63,005 bases of DNA, filler included, from Rhabdomonas costata (GCA_019059605.1; 22 parts of 22 records of this genome joined end to end with filler, not necessarily neighbours in it), one strand, 5' to 3'; counted from the whole stretch's first letter, positions 37,985 to 51,305 are shown. The notes: generated from the sequence alone by a model not told the origin. Made by a program: numbers and translations.

Positions 37985-39453
37985 TCCCCCCGTTTATGAG
38001 CTGCAACAACAGCTCCCCTTCTTAATCTCGCAGTTGCTTTCTTCTTTAACCCTCTCTTGGGCTTCCGAACTCCACCTATTGCATCTAGCTGTACTATTTC
38101 TTTGTCCTGCCTTTTGAAGTGTTGGGAAAATGGACGTTTCCAAAGGAAAACCCAGGACTTCCAAATTTAGGAGTCAATTCAAGACGCTGGCGTAAAAAAG
38201 GTTTGTTAAGGTTTGGTTTAAAAAGTCTTGTTGCGACTGCGCTGGTTCACGTAATGGTATTATTTTCAATTGGAAATTTACTCTTTAATTTTTCCTGTAC
38301 TTTCTTTTAGTCCAGCGCTTCAATACAATTAGACTCACACACAGAACACAAGCCAGCACACCAATCAAACCACGCTTAACACTACAAAAACACAGGGGGG
38401 GGGGGATCAGGAAGTCTCATTTTTGGTGACCAGACATGAGGTATATGTGTCAAATGCGGATATCGTAAGGGTAGCACTTGATGGAAAGGTAGAGGGCAGT
38501 CTGCGACTCGCAGTCTTTCGCTCTCGATTGATGCACGGGTTCCAGAAACTCCTACCAGCCCTTAAATGGCTTCTGGCGCATTTGCCGCGGGGAGGTGCCA
38601 ACAAGCGTCTCGATTTGTTCTTGGCATCCAGTTTCACTGTCAGCGAAAGGCAAGTTTCGTCGTCGGTTCCCGGTGGTCGCACTGGGGGGTAAGGAAGAAG
38701 ACCAGCTATAATTTAATGGGCGTGCTCGACGAGGTTCCTCCTTTAGCTCAGCACTGGCGACAAAAGATAAAAAATCCACCCGGAGGGGAGGGAGTCGCCA
38801 CCCCTATGATGGGTTCGCAATTTTGAAAAAAAAATTGTTTTTATGAAAAATAAAAACCCTGAAACCTACCCCAAGGTACCCCGTGTTGGACTCCGTGGCG
38901 CTCTTGCGGAGATAGGCTTCGTCGAGTGCATGTTCAGAACACATGCGGAGCGGGCGCCAGCCACGAGCGGCTTCCCGAAGAGTTTCGGAGTTTCTACCTC
39001 CCGAGTTCAGCCCGTCTCTCTCACCCCGCGGACCTCCTTATCACCGCGTTCGACCAGGTGGCGCGGGTCCCGCCACCAGGAGCCACAATCTTCTGCCGTC
39101 TGCTACGCCAGGAGCCCACTGAGGGGTACGCTCGGCCGAAGGGCTCCTTCGGTAAGGGATAACCTGGAAAATTAGGCAATGACGGCAAGATGAACGAGCG
39201 GTAGCAAACAGAATAGGTAGGAAGACTTGGTGGCGCTGGAGGAGAGTGAGGGGAAGACAACAATGGAAAGCTGGAGGGAATCTTTGCTGGAGGGAACCTT
39301 TTATCTATTTCACGAAGGCTAGACAAGACAAGCCACAACCTACCACACTTAACACCACATGAACGACACTGGGAGGAGGAGGGGCAGCTACATCACACTC
39401 TCTGAAGAGGAAAACGAGCTGAGAACACCCAAACCCCCCCGAAAATCTGTTGT

Positions 39454-39715
39454 AATCCTGGGCACGAGGCGGTGCTCGCGCACTTTTTCCAGTCGAGCGG
39501 ACTCAAGCCAGCAATGACTGACGTGCGACTGCGGTGGTTCATCCTCGCGATGTGGAGCGCGGTTGCGCGGTTGCGTTTGTTCAAATGACTGGGTTGAAGG
39601 TCGCGAGCATCCTGGGCTACCCCCAACGCGAGGAGAACTGCGATGAACTGGGTCGTGGGATACCGATGGCTTCCATCAGGAACTCACACCATTCATCGTG
39701 ACCAGCGGCCCCCCT
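39454..39715 (+). mobile_element. Degenerate second copy of the RLE retroelement
   Basis: NPGHEAVLAHFFQSSGLKP aligns to HPRHEAAVEQLARFCQSSGLSP of the 37.5-kb copy. A PFIVTSG remnant lies downstream. Confidence 0.7.
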
Positions 39716-40644
39716 GATGAATTCGACCCTTGGCTTGAAATGCAGTCTTTTTGCATTTTTTGAACTGTTTTTGCACTTTTTTCTTCCACTTTTTTTTCGC
39801 ATCGCATTTCTGGTCTCGCCTATTTGCATTTTCCCAGCTCTGGACGGACTTAGGAATGGGTGCAAACAACCGAATTACAAGGGCAAGAGAAAGAAGGATT
39901 TCCATCTCCTTCAGCAGCAGGCACAGGCGGTGACAGGCGTGGGGACTCTGAATTCAGCTCCGGAAGGAGCCAAAATGGTGCCAGAAAACCGGATTGCCTT
40001 TTATCAATGTGACCTTCTTGCGTTTTCACTGTCTGGTGTTCAGTGAAAACGAAATAAAACGAAGCTTTGATTGCCCACTTAGGATTCTGTTTCAGCAACT
40101 AGTATCTTNNNNNNNNNNNNNNNNNNNNNNNNNNNNNNNNNNNNNNNNNNNNTTAATTAATTAANNNNNNNNNNNNNNNNNNNNNNNNNNNNNNNNNNNN
40201 NNNNNNNNGGGGGGGGTGGGAGATCATTCTGTGCAATTGTGTTCTTATTTCGCCATCTAACTCTGGTGCCTTAGCCTTGATTTCTAATCGAGATGCCCTT
40301 GCGAAAAGTTTCTGGCTAAACGGGGAGTGTTCACTTTTTCTTCTGGAACGAGAATGTGTAAGCAGAGGATGCTTTCGCTCCGCTGTCCCAATCCAAATCT
40401 CTACCCCCTCCCAAAAGAAACCACAACATCCCCCGCCCAATGAAGTCGTGTGGGAGGTTTGAGAGGGCAGGCTGCAAGGCTCACGCAGGTCACGGCCCCG
40501 AGATGGCACCTGACCGACGGTCCCTGCATTGAGTTCATTTGAGTTCAGTCGGCCCCTCCTTTCAAGAAAGGAACGCCTTTATTTCTGAAAAACCACACGG
40601 AAAACGAGGGATGTAAATTACAGTAAAGGAGTCAGCACAGGAGC

Positions 40645-41575
40645 TCAAGTCGTCCGGGGGCGCTTCGCGGCACTTTGCACCGGCGCGCTTGGAGCAGCGC
40701 CAGCAGAACCAGCGCCAGACGCAGAGGTAGCCGCAAGCTTGCGCTTTTTCGCCAACTTCTGTGCTGTGGGAGGTAGCCAACGATTTCGGCGGAAAAATGA
40801 ATTTGAAACACCTCGTCAAAGCACGAATAGTTCAAGATTCGACGCAAGTTTTCACAAAGTCCTAAAGAAACAAGAACATGCAGAAACACGTAATTTTCTA
40901 ACACACACTTCCATGACTCTTTCTCGGGTTATTTCAGGAAGAAACATTTCAAGATACCAAACAAGGTTAAGAGACGTTTCAAGATACCAATGGCTCTTTT
41001 CTGCTTCTTTCCGGCTTTGGCATTCTGCTCGATGATTTTGGGGTGCACTTTAAACTTCTCCATCAGGTGGTCAGGAAGAACCTGGGCAAAGCAGACTCTG
41101 AATGAATCTAGACTCACCCGAGAGAGCGACAAGGAAAGAACTAATACAATTCAACAGAAACCAGAAAACGAATCTTGCTGCCTCGGATGAAGATGTGGTC
41201 AAGGTGTCGTGTCCGCCCATCCTTGTAAGTGGCGGTAATATTGTTCAGCCTGTGGCCACAAAAAGAGTTCACAGGTCACCAGAGTTGCGTGTGTAGAGGA
41301 GTGAAACCACATGGCTCCATTTAGGCCAATACTCCTCAAGCAGGAAAACGTCGGACCTGCAGTTCATGTTGTCCTGAACTTCGAGGAGAAATCCACGGTA
41401 AACCTGTGCATGAAGGCCCGTTTGCAAAAAAAAAAAAGGACAGTGCATGAAGTCAAATAGATCATTGTATTCATCACAAAACAAAGGAAAACCTCGCCGT
41501 TCTTCATTTCGACAACAACTGTGCTCCTTGCGGCGTCCATCAGAATTCTGAGAGGAACCGAGCTTCTCAAAGCCC
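40645..41575 (-). CDS. SmD3-like Sm protein (start codon uncertain)
   Basis: Exons about 41575-41493, 41403-41357, 41249-41162, 41081-40988 and 40763-40645. They give SSVPLRILMDAARSTVVVEMKNGE|VYRGFLLEVQDNMNCR|LNNITATYKDGRTRHLDHIFIRGSKIRFL|VLPDHL..., with SmD3-type Sm1/Sm2 motifs. Confidence 0.9.
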
Positions 41576-44300
41576 CTGCAAAAACAGAAAAGTGTGCTGC
41601 ACACGTCCACGTACACGTAAAGCACTGCAAACCACTTTGGTTTGGGTCATAATGTGAAGTATATAAGGTTTCCGTTTGTTTGTGCGCGAAAGAAAAAGAC
41701 GGATGAAAGGTGAAGGGCTCCGCTCCTTGTGCACGCCATCGCTTCTCAATTTGCTTATTGATATTTAATTTAATTCACTTCTTCTTAACACCGCCCTTCC
41801 AAACTTCAATAGCGCGCAGCAAGGTTAGTGGGCACGATAAAAATAGCACACAAAAAAAGACTTTGATGCTGAACTCAACAACGTTCCCAAAAAATATTAT
41901 ATTAGAAACTGAATACCTCTGTTGAATTTAATTTTCTTAATTTGTCTATCTCCCGTTGGAGTTGCCATATCTCCCACTGACGCGAGCACGAAAATCCTTT
42001 CAATTTTTTTTTGCCTCATAATCTCACAAGATTTTTTTTGTTCCGTTCACTGTGCTCATGGAGGATGGAGAATTTGGAGGATATGGTGAGCTTTTCCTTT
42101 GAGTTGTAGGAGATTGGGCTCAATGGGGAGGCCGACATTGTGGAATTCTCGAAGGGAATGTATAGCTTTAAATCAAATGAGTGTAGCGGAGCCATTTTCG
42201 CAAAAGAGCTCAACTCAACCGCGATGAGCGCTGACACCTCCGGAAGTGTCTTTGCAGCACGTCCGCTGAATGGATCCTGACAAACATCAAGCGAATGAGA
42301 TTGGGAACCGCTTTTTGAAGATGTTCCCCCGCTGCTAACTACCTTCCGAAAACGGAAGCCTGCACCGCTAGAAGCGACAACTCATGAAAACAAAAACAAA
42401 GCACAACTTCAACACATCGACAACCTGCGACGCGGTTTGGTTTCTGTTGTGCAACAAACCGAACAAGGAAGGGGGTAGGGGAGACAAAACACGGTCACTG
42501 TGCTCGTCGCGCATCACGCGCGGGAAGGACTGTCTCTCCGCGCACCAACAGCCGTGCCATCGCAACCGCAACCACCAGCGCACCCGCCAGCGATGAGCGG
42601 CCACTCTTCCTGACCCATAACGAGGCGCATAAACCGCGGCATACTCCTGGGCAGCGCCCTGCCGCAGCGCTGCCAGGGTGACGCCAAAGCTTCGAGGGGT
42701 AACCTCGTCGCTTTGCAAAGGCGTAAGCCCGACGCCATAGGCCGTGAATTCGCCGCCCGCCAGCGAAGTTGAGTTGCAGTTAATGACCCACACAACTGTG
42801 CGGAAGACGCTGTTCCCCGATCAGCAGAAAAAAACACAAGCTGCAAACAAGTAAGGGCGCTGCGCGCCGGGCGCAGCGCTAAGGGGTCCCGTAACGAAAC
42901 GAGGGTGCATGCTTATCCCAACATGGACTACACCTACTTCGAGAAAGGGGGACCCCTCCCCGCGGTTTGCCNNNNNNNNNNNNNNNNNNNNNNNNNNNNN
43001 NNNNNNNNNNNNNNNTTAATTAATTAANNNNNNNNNNNNNNNNNNNNNNNNNNNNNNNNNNNNNNNNNNNNTGTTGGTGTGTTTGGGGTTGGGTTGGGGG
43101 TGGGATAAAGAGCATGCGGGTATTTGCAAAATAAAGCGGTTGCCCGGAAAAAGCAACAGCCAGCTCACGGCACACGACCGCAGAGAGCCACATGGCGAAT
43201 GAAAGCACAGAGAACGACAGCACGGTAAGCCGAAGATCAGAAAGCAGAGCAGCAGCAACAGTCACAGACAAATGCACTGGATAGCACACGGACTCACAGA
43301 CACAATAGTGTGCACTGCCAAGGAAGTACAGCAGCAAAGGAGGCGCGGGGCTGCTAGGTGGAGGTGGAGGAGATGGAAGGACCTGAAAGCAATGAAAAGC
43401 GAACTGTGCCTGCCTGTGCCCAGTGCTTATGTGTGTGTGTCTGTTGCTTAGCTCGCTGTGTTGCCTGACTGTTGGTGACCACTGTCGACTGATGGGCGCA
43501 CACGCTATTGGCCACGGGTGCTTTTGAGAGGTTCTTGAAGTGGGCAGTATTCTCTGCACGAGTCGTTCCTAGAGCTTGTCGCTCTGGTGGTCGAACGGAG
43601 ACCGTTGCAGAAACTTGCAGGCCTCCCGTGCCAGGGGCACGTGCCTGGGGCAACCAACTCTGTCTTCCAGCTTCTGTCAACATTCCAAGATATGTTTCTT
43701 CCGGGGGGAGGTTCTCCTTTTCGCCGAGTCCTCGAGGGTTTTCTTTGGCCTCGCACCCTGCTTTAAAAACCGCTCTAAAAACGGCCGACTCCTCGTTTCC
43801 GGGACATTTGCCGGGGTCCCAGGGCCCAGCAGTGTGTGTTGTGTGTGTGCGTGTAAAGTGTGCTGATGCTTTGAAGCTGCCAATGGCGGGGACGGCGCTG
43901 TGAGTTGGTAATATAGTTTCCTCCGCACAGTAGTGGGTGCCTTTGTCGACGATCTGTTTCTGTCTATCATCATCTCTGATTTTCTTTCTTTTCCTGTCCT
44001 TTGCTGACTGCTGTGTACAACCCCGAAACCATTGTTTCTCCTGTGCAGGTTGCTTTTTGCAAAGTGCCTGTTGACGTGGCTGTGCGTTTTGTCTCTGCAA
44101 AAATGCAGTCTTGCTAAAGCGTGTGCGTGCGTTTATGTGTGCATGGGCGACTTACTGAAAAACGACAGGAACTCGGCAAAGCTAAAAATCTAATTGTTAC
44201 TCAACGCCACAGTGCTGAAATTCAGGAAATCAGCAAAAAGCTTTTGCCTGAAGCCACTCCAAAGCAGATGCGAATCAAAGCTGGTTCAGTCAGCACTCAC

Positions 44301-45404
44301 CACAATTGTTCGTCGGACGGCCTTGCAGGCGATATCGGCAGGGAAGGCAGGAGCTCTACACCACAGAGCACATTAGTTCTTTCCATGGAAACAGTGCACA
44401 GAGCAGGGAAGGGAAGGAAAGGGAGGAGACGAAAGGGAAGCGACGGTGGCACACCCATGGGTGATCCTGCCGGCTCAGAAGCTCTGATGTGCTCGTGGAA
44501 CGCCTTGTTGGAGAGGACCAAATCCTGAAAAATCCCCCATGTGTGTGTGTGTGTGTGGCTGTTGCATACACGAAGCCGAAGGCAGTAATAACAGTGCTTC
44601 GGCTGTGTGTGCAGACGGGGTTTTGTCTTAGGGTTCCTTCCCTGTGTGACGGCTGTTGCAAAACTTGTCCAGTGACCAAAACAGGCAATTTGTCCATTTC
44701 CTGGGTGGGTGAATTAAACGTGCCCGATATGTGGTGGGGGTGATGTCAAAAGTGAGAGTTACAGCTGAAACAATACTTCATCAAAAACTGACCACTGACC
44801 ACGCAATCTCCAAGACGAGATGTACTGACACTCATAAGGTCGTTTTAATGTCCGAAAACGGATGAAAAAAAAATTAAAAACACCCCCAAAAGCCGCGCGC
44901 CATGACATGTCGCCTTCTCAGTGCGTCCTTTGCATGGATACCTGTTCCCAACAAACATGCTGTTCAAATGCAACATGGTCAACAGAAATTTCGCAGCAGA
45001 CTTTTTTCCTGGAAAATATCGCTTGTGCGGCAAAAACATTTAGAGTGCATCTCAGAACCTCTTTAAGGTGGGGCGGTCAACCTGCCCACACAAGTGACCA
45101 CATTCCCAGGGACACCCGGCACAAGACACACCTCCCCCGGGATGCACACGGGGCGCTCGATGTCAGAGCTCAGGCGGGTTAGCCAGCGCAGCCTGAGGCA
45201 CTCCCGGGCGGAGGGCCGCGAGGAGCGGTCGGGGTGCAGCAGCAGGCGGACGAAGTTGCGGGCGTCCTCGGAGACCCAATCCATCGCCGGGAACACCACC
45301 CCGTCACAGATCTCGCGGGCCAGCGCGCGGGGATCCGACGAAGGGAAGGGGAACCGCCCCCATAGCATGCAGAACACCACCACCCCAACGGAAAATATGT
45401 CGAT
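44301..45404 (-). CDS. Ser/Thr protein kinase (CAMK-like) C-lobe and tail, partial
   Basis: Exon 45404-45132 reads IDIFSVGVVVFCMLWGRFPF...VSEDARNFVRLLLHPDRSSRPSARECL (subdomains IX-XI). Probable tail exons are 44524-44455 and 44355-44301. Confidence 0.88.
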
Positions 45405-45932
45405 CTGAAGAAGAGCAACAAGTACCAAACACACAAACATTGAGTTAGGTGTAAAGGGTACACACTGGTACGGATACTGTCCGGCACCGAAGTTGGCTCG
45501 AATCCACACCATGGTCTAACACGCTGGTCTCGATTAGGCGTTAGGCTGAAGGGAATCCTGGCCCCACCCCAACCAGGACTTCCCCTGTGGAACACGGGGG
45601 CCAGCAGGTGCCTGGTTGGGGACATAAGTTGCCTCGGCGCGCTTAAATGGCATGGGTCCCGTTCCGTGGCGAAACTTTAGATGGCTGCTGGGAAGGGTCA
45701 AACACACACACACACACACATTTGCACAGCGAACAAGTCTGTTTGGTACACGATTGCTACGAGCCTCTGTGGCCACAAACCACACACAGCAATCGACGTC
45801 CCACCCGCATGTCCACCCAACCCAGGAACCCCNNNNNNNNNNNNNNNNNNNNNNNNNNNNNNNNNNNNNNNNNNNNTTAATTAATTAANNNNNNNNNNNN
45901 NNNNNNNNNNNNNNNNNNNNNNNNNNNNNNNN

Positions 45933-46004
45933 GTGTGCGTGTGCGTGTGCGTGTGCGTGTGCGTGTGCGTGTGCGTGTGCGTGTGCGTGTGCGTGTGCGT
46001 GTGT
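45933..46004. repeat. (GTGTGC)n microsatellite
   Basis: Perfect hexamer array at the contig start. Confidence 0.97.
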
Positions 46005-49000
46005 GGGTTGCAAGAGAAGAAGCAGTTCTCCCCCGCCGCACCTCGCTCCTCCCACGATGTCCCTGCCTCCCGCCTGCCTATTTCATTGCAGGAATGGTTC
46101 CCACGTCTTCTCACCGGCAGATTGGCCAGCCAAGTCGCTGGGTGGCTTCTACCTCCCCTCATACCGGAAGGTATCCTGCTCATTTGCTGTAAAACGATGT
46201 CTCCACAAGAAAAATTGCCAGAGGGAGGAGTTAGCGTGTCCCCTGGGGTTTCGTCGGCCAGGTTTGTACTCAACTGCCGCACAAAGTCGCACCTGTTTTT
46301 GCAATCAAGCAATACACAGAAAAGCAGCAACAAAGCCTGTTTAATTTGTTCGAGTTTCAAACTTCAAGATAGCCTCATTTCTAGGTATCATTTAGGTGTG
46401 CATTGCGCGTTCAGTGAGCTCTAGTCTCTCAAATCGCAAATTACTGTGGCCATGCTTTCCGCTCAGAAGCACCTTTCCGATCGAGAAGCCTCTTCTGACC
46501 CCTGGCATTCGTCAAAAATCCCGCACCAGAGCGGCGGTGTCCTCCCCATTCGGAACGCCCCCTTCACCACCCAGGCAACTTTCTGAAAGGCCCACCATTA
46601 TCCCTCCGACTCCTCTGGCTCCCGCCCTCGGCACCCATCTCCACCTTGCCGAGTTCCCACCTGCCCCTTCCCTTGAATCGTACGCAAGCACCTTTTGTTG
46701 CTGCCGAGTTAGCGTTTCCGTACATCTGGAACCGCTCGGTGGTTTCGTATTGGTTCTTTATGTTAGCTCAGCTTTGCGAGTGAGAACAGTAATGGGGGAG
46801 GCACGGAATCGACTTCCGAAACGTACCCGTGGAGATCCGCCCAATCGGACGTCAGCGTTTTGGTGTGCCAAGACCATTTTCGCTACCGGACAACCATCCC
46901 ACTCAATTTTGCGTTGTGCGTTGTGCGCATAACACCGATAGGGCGAGAACGGATATGGAACGCTGGATTTGCTCATGGCTTCCTGCCTTCCTTCCATCCT
47001 TGGGGCTTCGCCCCCTTCTCCTCACCAAACCGCTTCTTTCGAAAAGGTTCGATTTTCAAAAATACATTCCCTCTTTTTGCTGCCCCGGGAGGGGGGTGCC
47101 CCCGGAGTTTGAAGAACGCACACAAGTACTGGGAACACGGAGGCAGTGTGCACGCGCCCCGAGACACCACGCTTGCTAGGTGCTCTGCTTGAGGGGCCCC
47201 AGCTCAGCAATAGGTTGTCCGTTTAGAGGACCGCATTTTTTGGTTTGGTGTTTATGCTTTTGTGGGTAAATTATTCGAAGGAATGCCACTCTCCGTTGAT
47301 CAGTTGTGGCTTGTGCTTTTTTTTAGCCCATCAAGTAGGTTGGGATCACAGGCAACGTTTTTGGATCAAATTATCTGCTTGATGCCACTGCGTTTTGATG
47401 GCTTCGGCTGCGGGCCGTTTTTTCAAGAGCCCACCCGACGGGTTTTTCTGGAATTGCTGTCAGTAATGCTGTATTGGGATTGAAAGAGACAAGAACTTCT
47501 TTCTGCCTGATTCTGTCCAGGACCTTGGACACTGGACATTCATCGGCCCAGATAATTGTGTTCCTTGGTGGAAGACGCCAGATGATGTGGTGTTTTTGCA
47601 GATAGAAAATTGACAAAACGTCACGGGCTGTCAGGCATTTTATAGCCAAAAAATATTCTGTTGCTCAGTTAAAGGTCTCTCCCCGCGAATGTTTAGCAGA
47701 GTCTTTAAATCACGGCAGAAGAGCGGAAGGGCAAGAAAAGGTTGGATATTGTTTTTGTGAATCGAGCCAACCAGTCGTTGAGTTCAAGGTTTAGTAAGGC
47801 ATGCAGTTTTGAATGCAATGTTTAGCCAGTCTTTTCTGTTCATTCTATCTTTTTCTCGGTTCCGATATGGCCGCTCACTTCACTCACTCGCCTTATTCGT
47901 CGGGAGGTGTGCATTCGTTGTCCGTTTTTTTCCGCGGACAACTTGCAAAAAAATTTGCAGTGGAGCACAGTGAGTGAGTAGTTTTCTCCCAAGCACTCCC
48001 AGGCATCCGCATACTCGCCTTTCTGGCTAGCCTATTCTGGACAATATATTCGTACGGCTGCAAAAACGGATCGATGTCCGGATGTTTCCAGGTTGTGATG
48101 GAGTCTCTCTTTCCATCTAACATGCACATGGACCGAAGGAAATGTGAGTTAGTGAGGCCTGCGCCTTCTTGGCAGTGGTGAGCATCACCTAGACCCTGCC
48201 CTTGCATAGGGATTATGGAGATGGAGGATACCCCCAAGTCGACCCGCCCGCACACTGCCAAGGATGCCTCGGACTCTACTCATGCTCCGCAGCCGCCAAG
48301 CGCCGAACCGCTTCCTGGGTGTGGTTGCCCGCCTCTCCCATCCTTTTCGCTTCACTGTGCTTGCAACCGCCATTTGTCACCTGTCATCCATGGAAAGCAC
48401 TGCCTTGCTCCCATCGGCTTCAACAATACCACGCGGTTTTTCAAGCTGAGCGAGAAAATTGTCCCATTGGTGTCGTGTGACACATTATGACACATTGCTG
48501 ATTTGTATCCACATGTGCCCGCACGTTTCCAAAGGACTGCGCAGCGCCAAAAAGCCATTCTTCAGCCCGGCAAGGCCTGTGGAGCATGTGCCTCGGCATG
48601 CACCGTGGGCTCAGCTTCGCAGCAGTCCAACCACTGCGCCCCAATGGCTTACCAGAGCCCGTCCCGCAGTCCTTTGGTTGCGCCCAGAGTGAGACGCACG
48701 GGTGNNNNNNNNNNNNNNNNNNNNNNNNNNNNNNNNNNNNNNNNNNNNTTAATTAATTAANNNNNNNNNNNNNNNNNNNNNNNNNNNNNNNNNNNNNNNN
48801 NNNNGTTTGTTTGTGTTCGTGTATGGGTGAGTTTTTTTTCGCAACTTGCCTTTGTTTTTTGGTTCTTTATTTTTGTTATCTGCTTTTCTCAACTCTTTTG
48901 AGTCCACTTGTGCTATTTTTTGTTGGTTGTATCTCTGCAGGAGTGGATGTACGTTGTCGGTCAGACGGCAAAGGTGTGTCACCACGTCTTCCGGCGCTTG

Positions 49001-49690
49001 TTCACTTCTGCTGTGTGTCAGTCTAACTCCTTTCGTGCGCTTCCCTCATTTTCTGGAAGCATTCTCCAAGAGCACATCATAGCTTGGAAGGCGCAATGCC
49101 GATACCAGGTCATTTTCAGACCTTAATCAGGCCTTTTTAGACTTGGAAACTGAACCGATTGTTGAGAGTGACTGGGTTCCCTATCCGTCTTGGTTGTGCT
49201 TGCTTTTGAACTCTTCTTTGAATTCTTGCCTCTTTCTTTTCTGGTGACACGAGCCATGTGCTGCGGGAGAGAGGGATAAATAGAATTATTGTGCATCCTT
49301 TATGCCTCTGAATCTCTGGCCTGCGCTGATGATGAGCAACGAAAGCATTCCGTGTGGTGCAGGGGGTGTCGTTGGTTTGCATAATTTGGATATTCTTCTC
49401 CCTTCTCCCATTCAACAGCTCCCCACGAGGGCCACGACGGCCCTAAGATCGAACATCCACATCGGTCCATCGTTCAAATTGCATCTTGAGATACAAAGCA
49501 CCCAAAGACTGGAGAAGACACCATCCTGTAACACTCCCTGTAAACACGGGCGACACACCCGAAGCGAGAGCAATTCATTCTGAAAACCCCAGAGGATGAA
49601 CTATAGCCAGAGCATTAAGGTGGCATTTCCCAACTCACTTTGGCATTCCGGTATACTCCCAGTACCACGAGACCATATATGCATGCACAC

Positions 49691-51305
49691 CTTCGCGAGG
49701 ACGGCGTGGCGGGTCTCCCTCCACGTATCCGCGGAGAGCAGCACCCCGGCCTGAATCTCCGCCGCCAGCTTGCTCAGGCCCACGGCCGAGCCCAGCACGG
49801 GCCCCAGCACGGAGAACGTGAGGCGGGTCTGGGACCCCGTGTTACTGGGAGAGAAATAATTGCGAGTGGGAGCGTTTTTTGTGGACGGAATGACCTCTCG
49901 GGGAAAGAAAATGGTGGGAGCGTTGATCGGCACGCTCACCAAGCGCTGTGGGTACCCACAGGAGTTCAACCCCATGACCCCTTTTAATGAGACGTGACCC
50001 AAATTTTTGTCGAAAATTCGACACAAATTTGGGTCACGTCTCATGTCGCTCCTCTGATTAATGCAGACACCCTGCCCTAAGCGCACCTGTGCTGCTGCTG
50101 CCGCTTTCACACCACACCTGCTTGTTTTGCCATTAATGCGACCATACTCCTTCGCAACACTCGAATGCACATGGTCGTTGAAGAGACTTGACGTCCTCAC
50201 CAGACACCCCGCCGTCACCATTCAGCCGTGATTGTGGTTGAACAGAAAGAAGAATATAAGCCTCGAGCAAAGCCAACTCAAAGAAAGAGAGGCGAAAAGA
50301 AGCCGACCCAACGAGGGCCTCTCCGGTGGCCACCCCAATGCGGAGCCCCAGGTCAGAGTTCAAGCGTAACCCCTGCAGGGCAATCGCGGTGCGGCAGGCC
50401 TCCTCGGCGTGAGCCGGGGCCTGGGACGCTGCGTTCCACGTGGCAACGACGCGGTCCCTGGGATACCCCCCTCGCCAGGTAACATATTTTTCCTTGAGTG
50501 TGACGAGCAGTAAGTGCGTGTGGGGGTGACTGACTGAGTATGTGTGTAGATGTGTGCGGATGTTAATCTATTGTCCACTTCACTTTAAGAGTGGCAACTG
50601 TTTTTTTTTTTACTAAACTAATGAACGGCATCAAGAAGCAGAGAAAAAATGAAAACGTTACTGAAATGGGACGTTTGCACCCGGCCTTGATCCGAGGTTG
50701 TTCACTCGATGCGCAAGGGCCTCTGCGGAGGGATGGGGCAGTTCAAGAGAAGAAAGGACAGGCAGAAGTTGTGGCAGCCCGACCAAAAGAGACGCACCCG
50801 CTGAGAAGTATGACCGCCCCTTTGTTCTTCTCCACGAGAAGCTCCACGGAGGTCACGTAGGAGAGCAAAAGCTGAAAAAGTGCCCATCCAAAACAAAGTC
50901 CAGCCGCATTCGGGAGTACAGCTGAGGTACACCTCTTCTGTACCATGTCCGCAGCATATGCATGAAAGGTGAACGAAAAATCCGTGTAGGCACGTTTCAC
51001 AGAGTGAATGCGAGCCGCATAAACAGCAGTCGATCGCGCGCGCGCATACACACAAATACACACACATTAGACGCAACAGGGGCAAGTGGCGCGTGGGTGG
51101 ATGGGCGATGGATGCAGCGTTACCGAGAGCACGGCGGAGGGCTCCTCTGCCCCACAGAAGCCGTGGAAGCCGGCGAGGTCCACGGCCAGCACAGAGACGG
51201 CCCTGGGGTGCAAGCGACGCTCCAGCAGGGCCATCGTGGCGAAGACAGAGCCCCTGGCCTGCTGCCGCGAGGCCACGGAAGCGCTGCCAGGCCGGCTACC
51301 CTGAC
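49691..51305 (-). CDS. Class III adenylate/guanylate cyclase-like domain, partial and degenerate
   Basis: Exons 51305-51124, 50871-50798, 50457-50308 and 49844-49691. They give VSVLAVDLAGFH...VEKNKGAVILLSGDRVVATWN...HAEEACRTA...LRIGVATGEALVGNTGSQTRLTFSVLGPVLGSAVGL...VLLS. Confidence 0.88.

Noticed and set aside
38290-38310. CCTGTACTTT as a spliced-leader RNA remnant near the CRE-like element
   Set aside because: Only about 9 nt match, the rest of the leader and its GT donor are absent, and it sits in a pyrimidine tract.
38407-38700. Possible DNA-transposase remnant on the minus strand
   Set aside because: No convincing DDE motif, and the frames are interrupted by stops.
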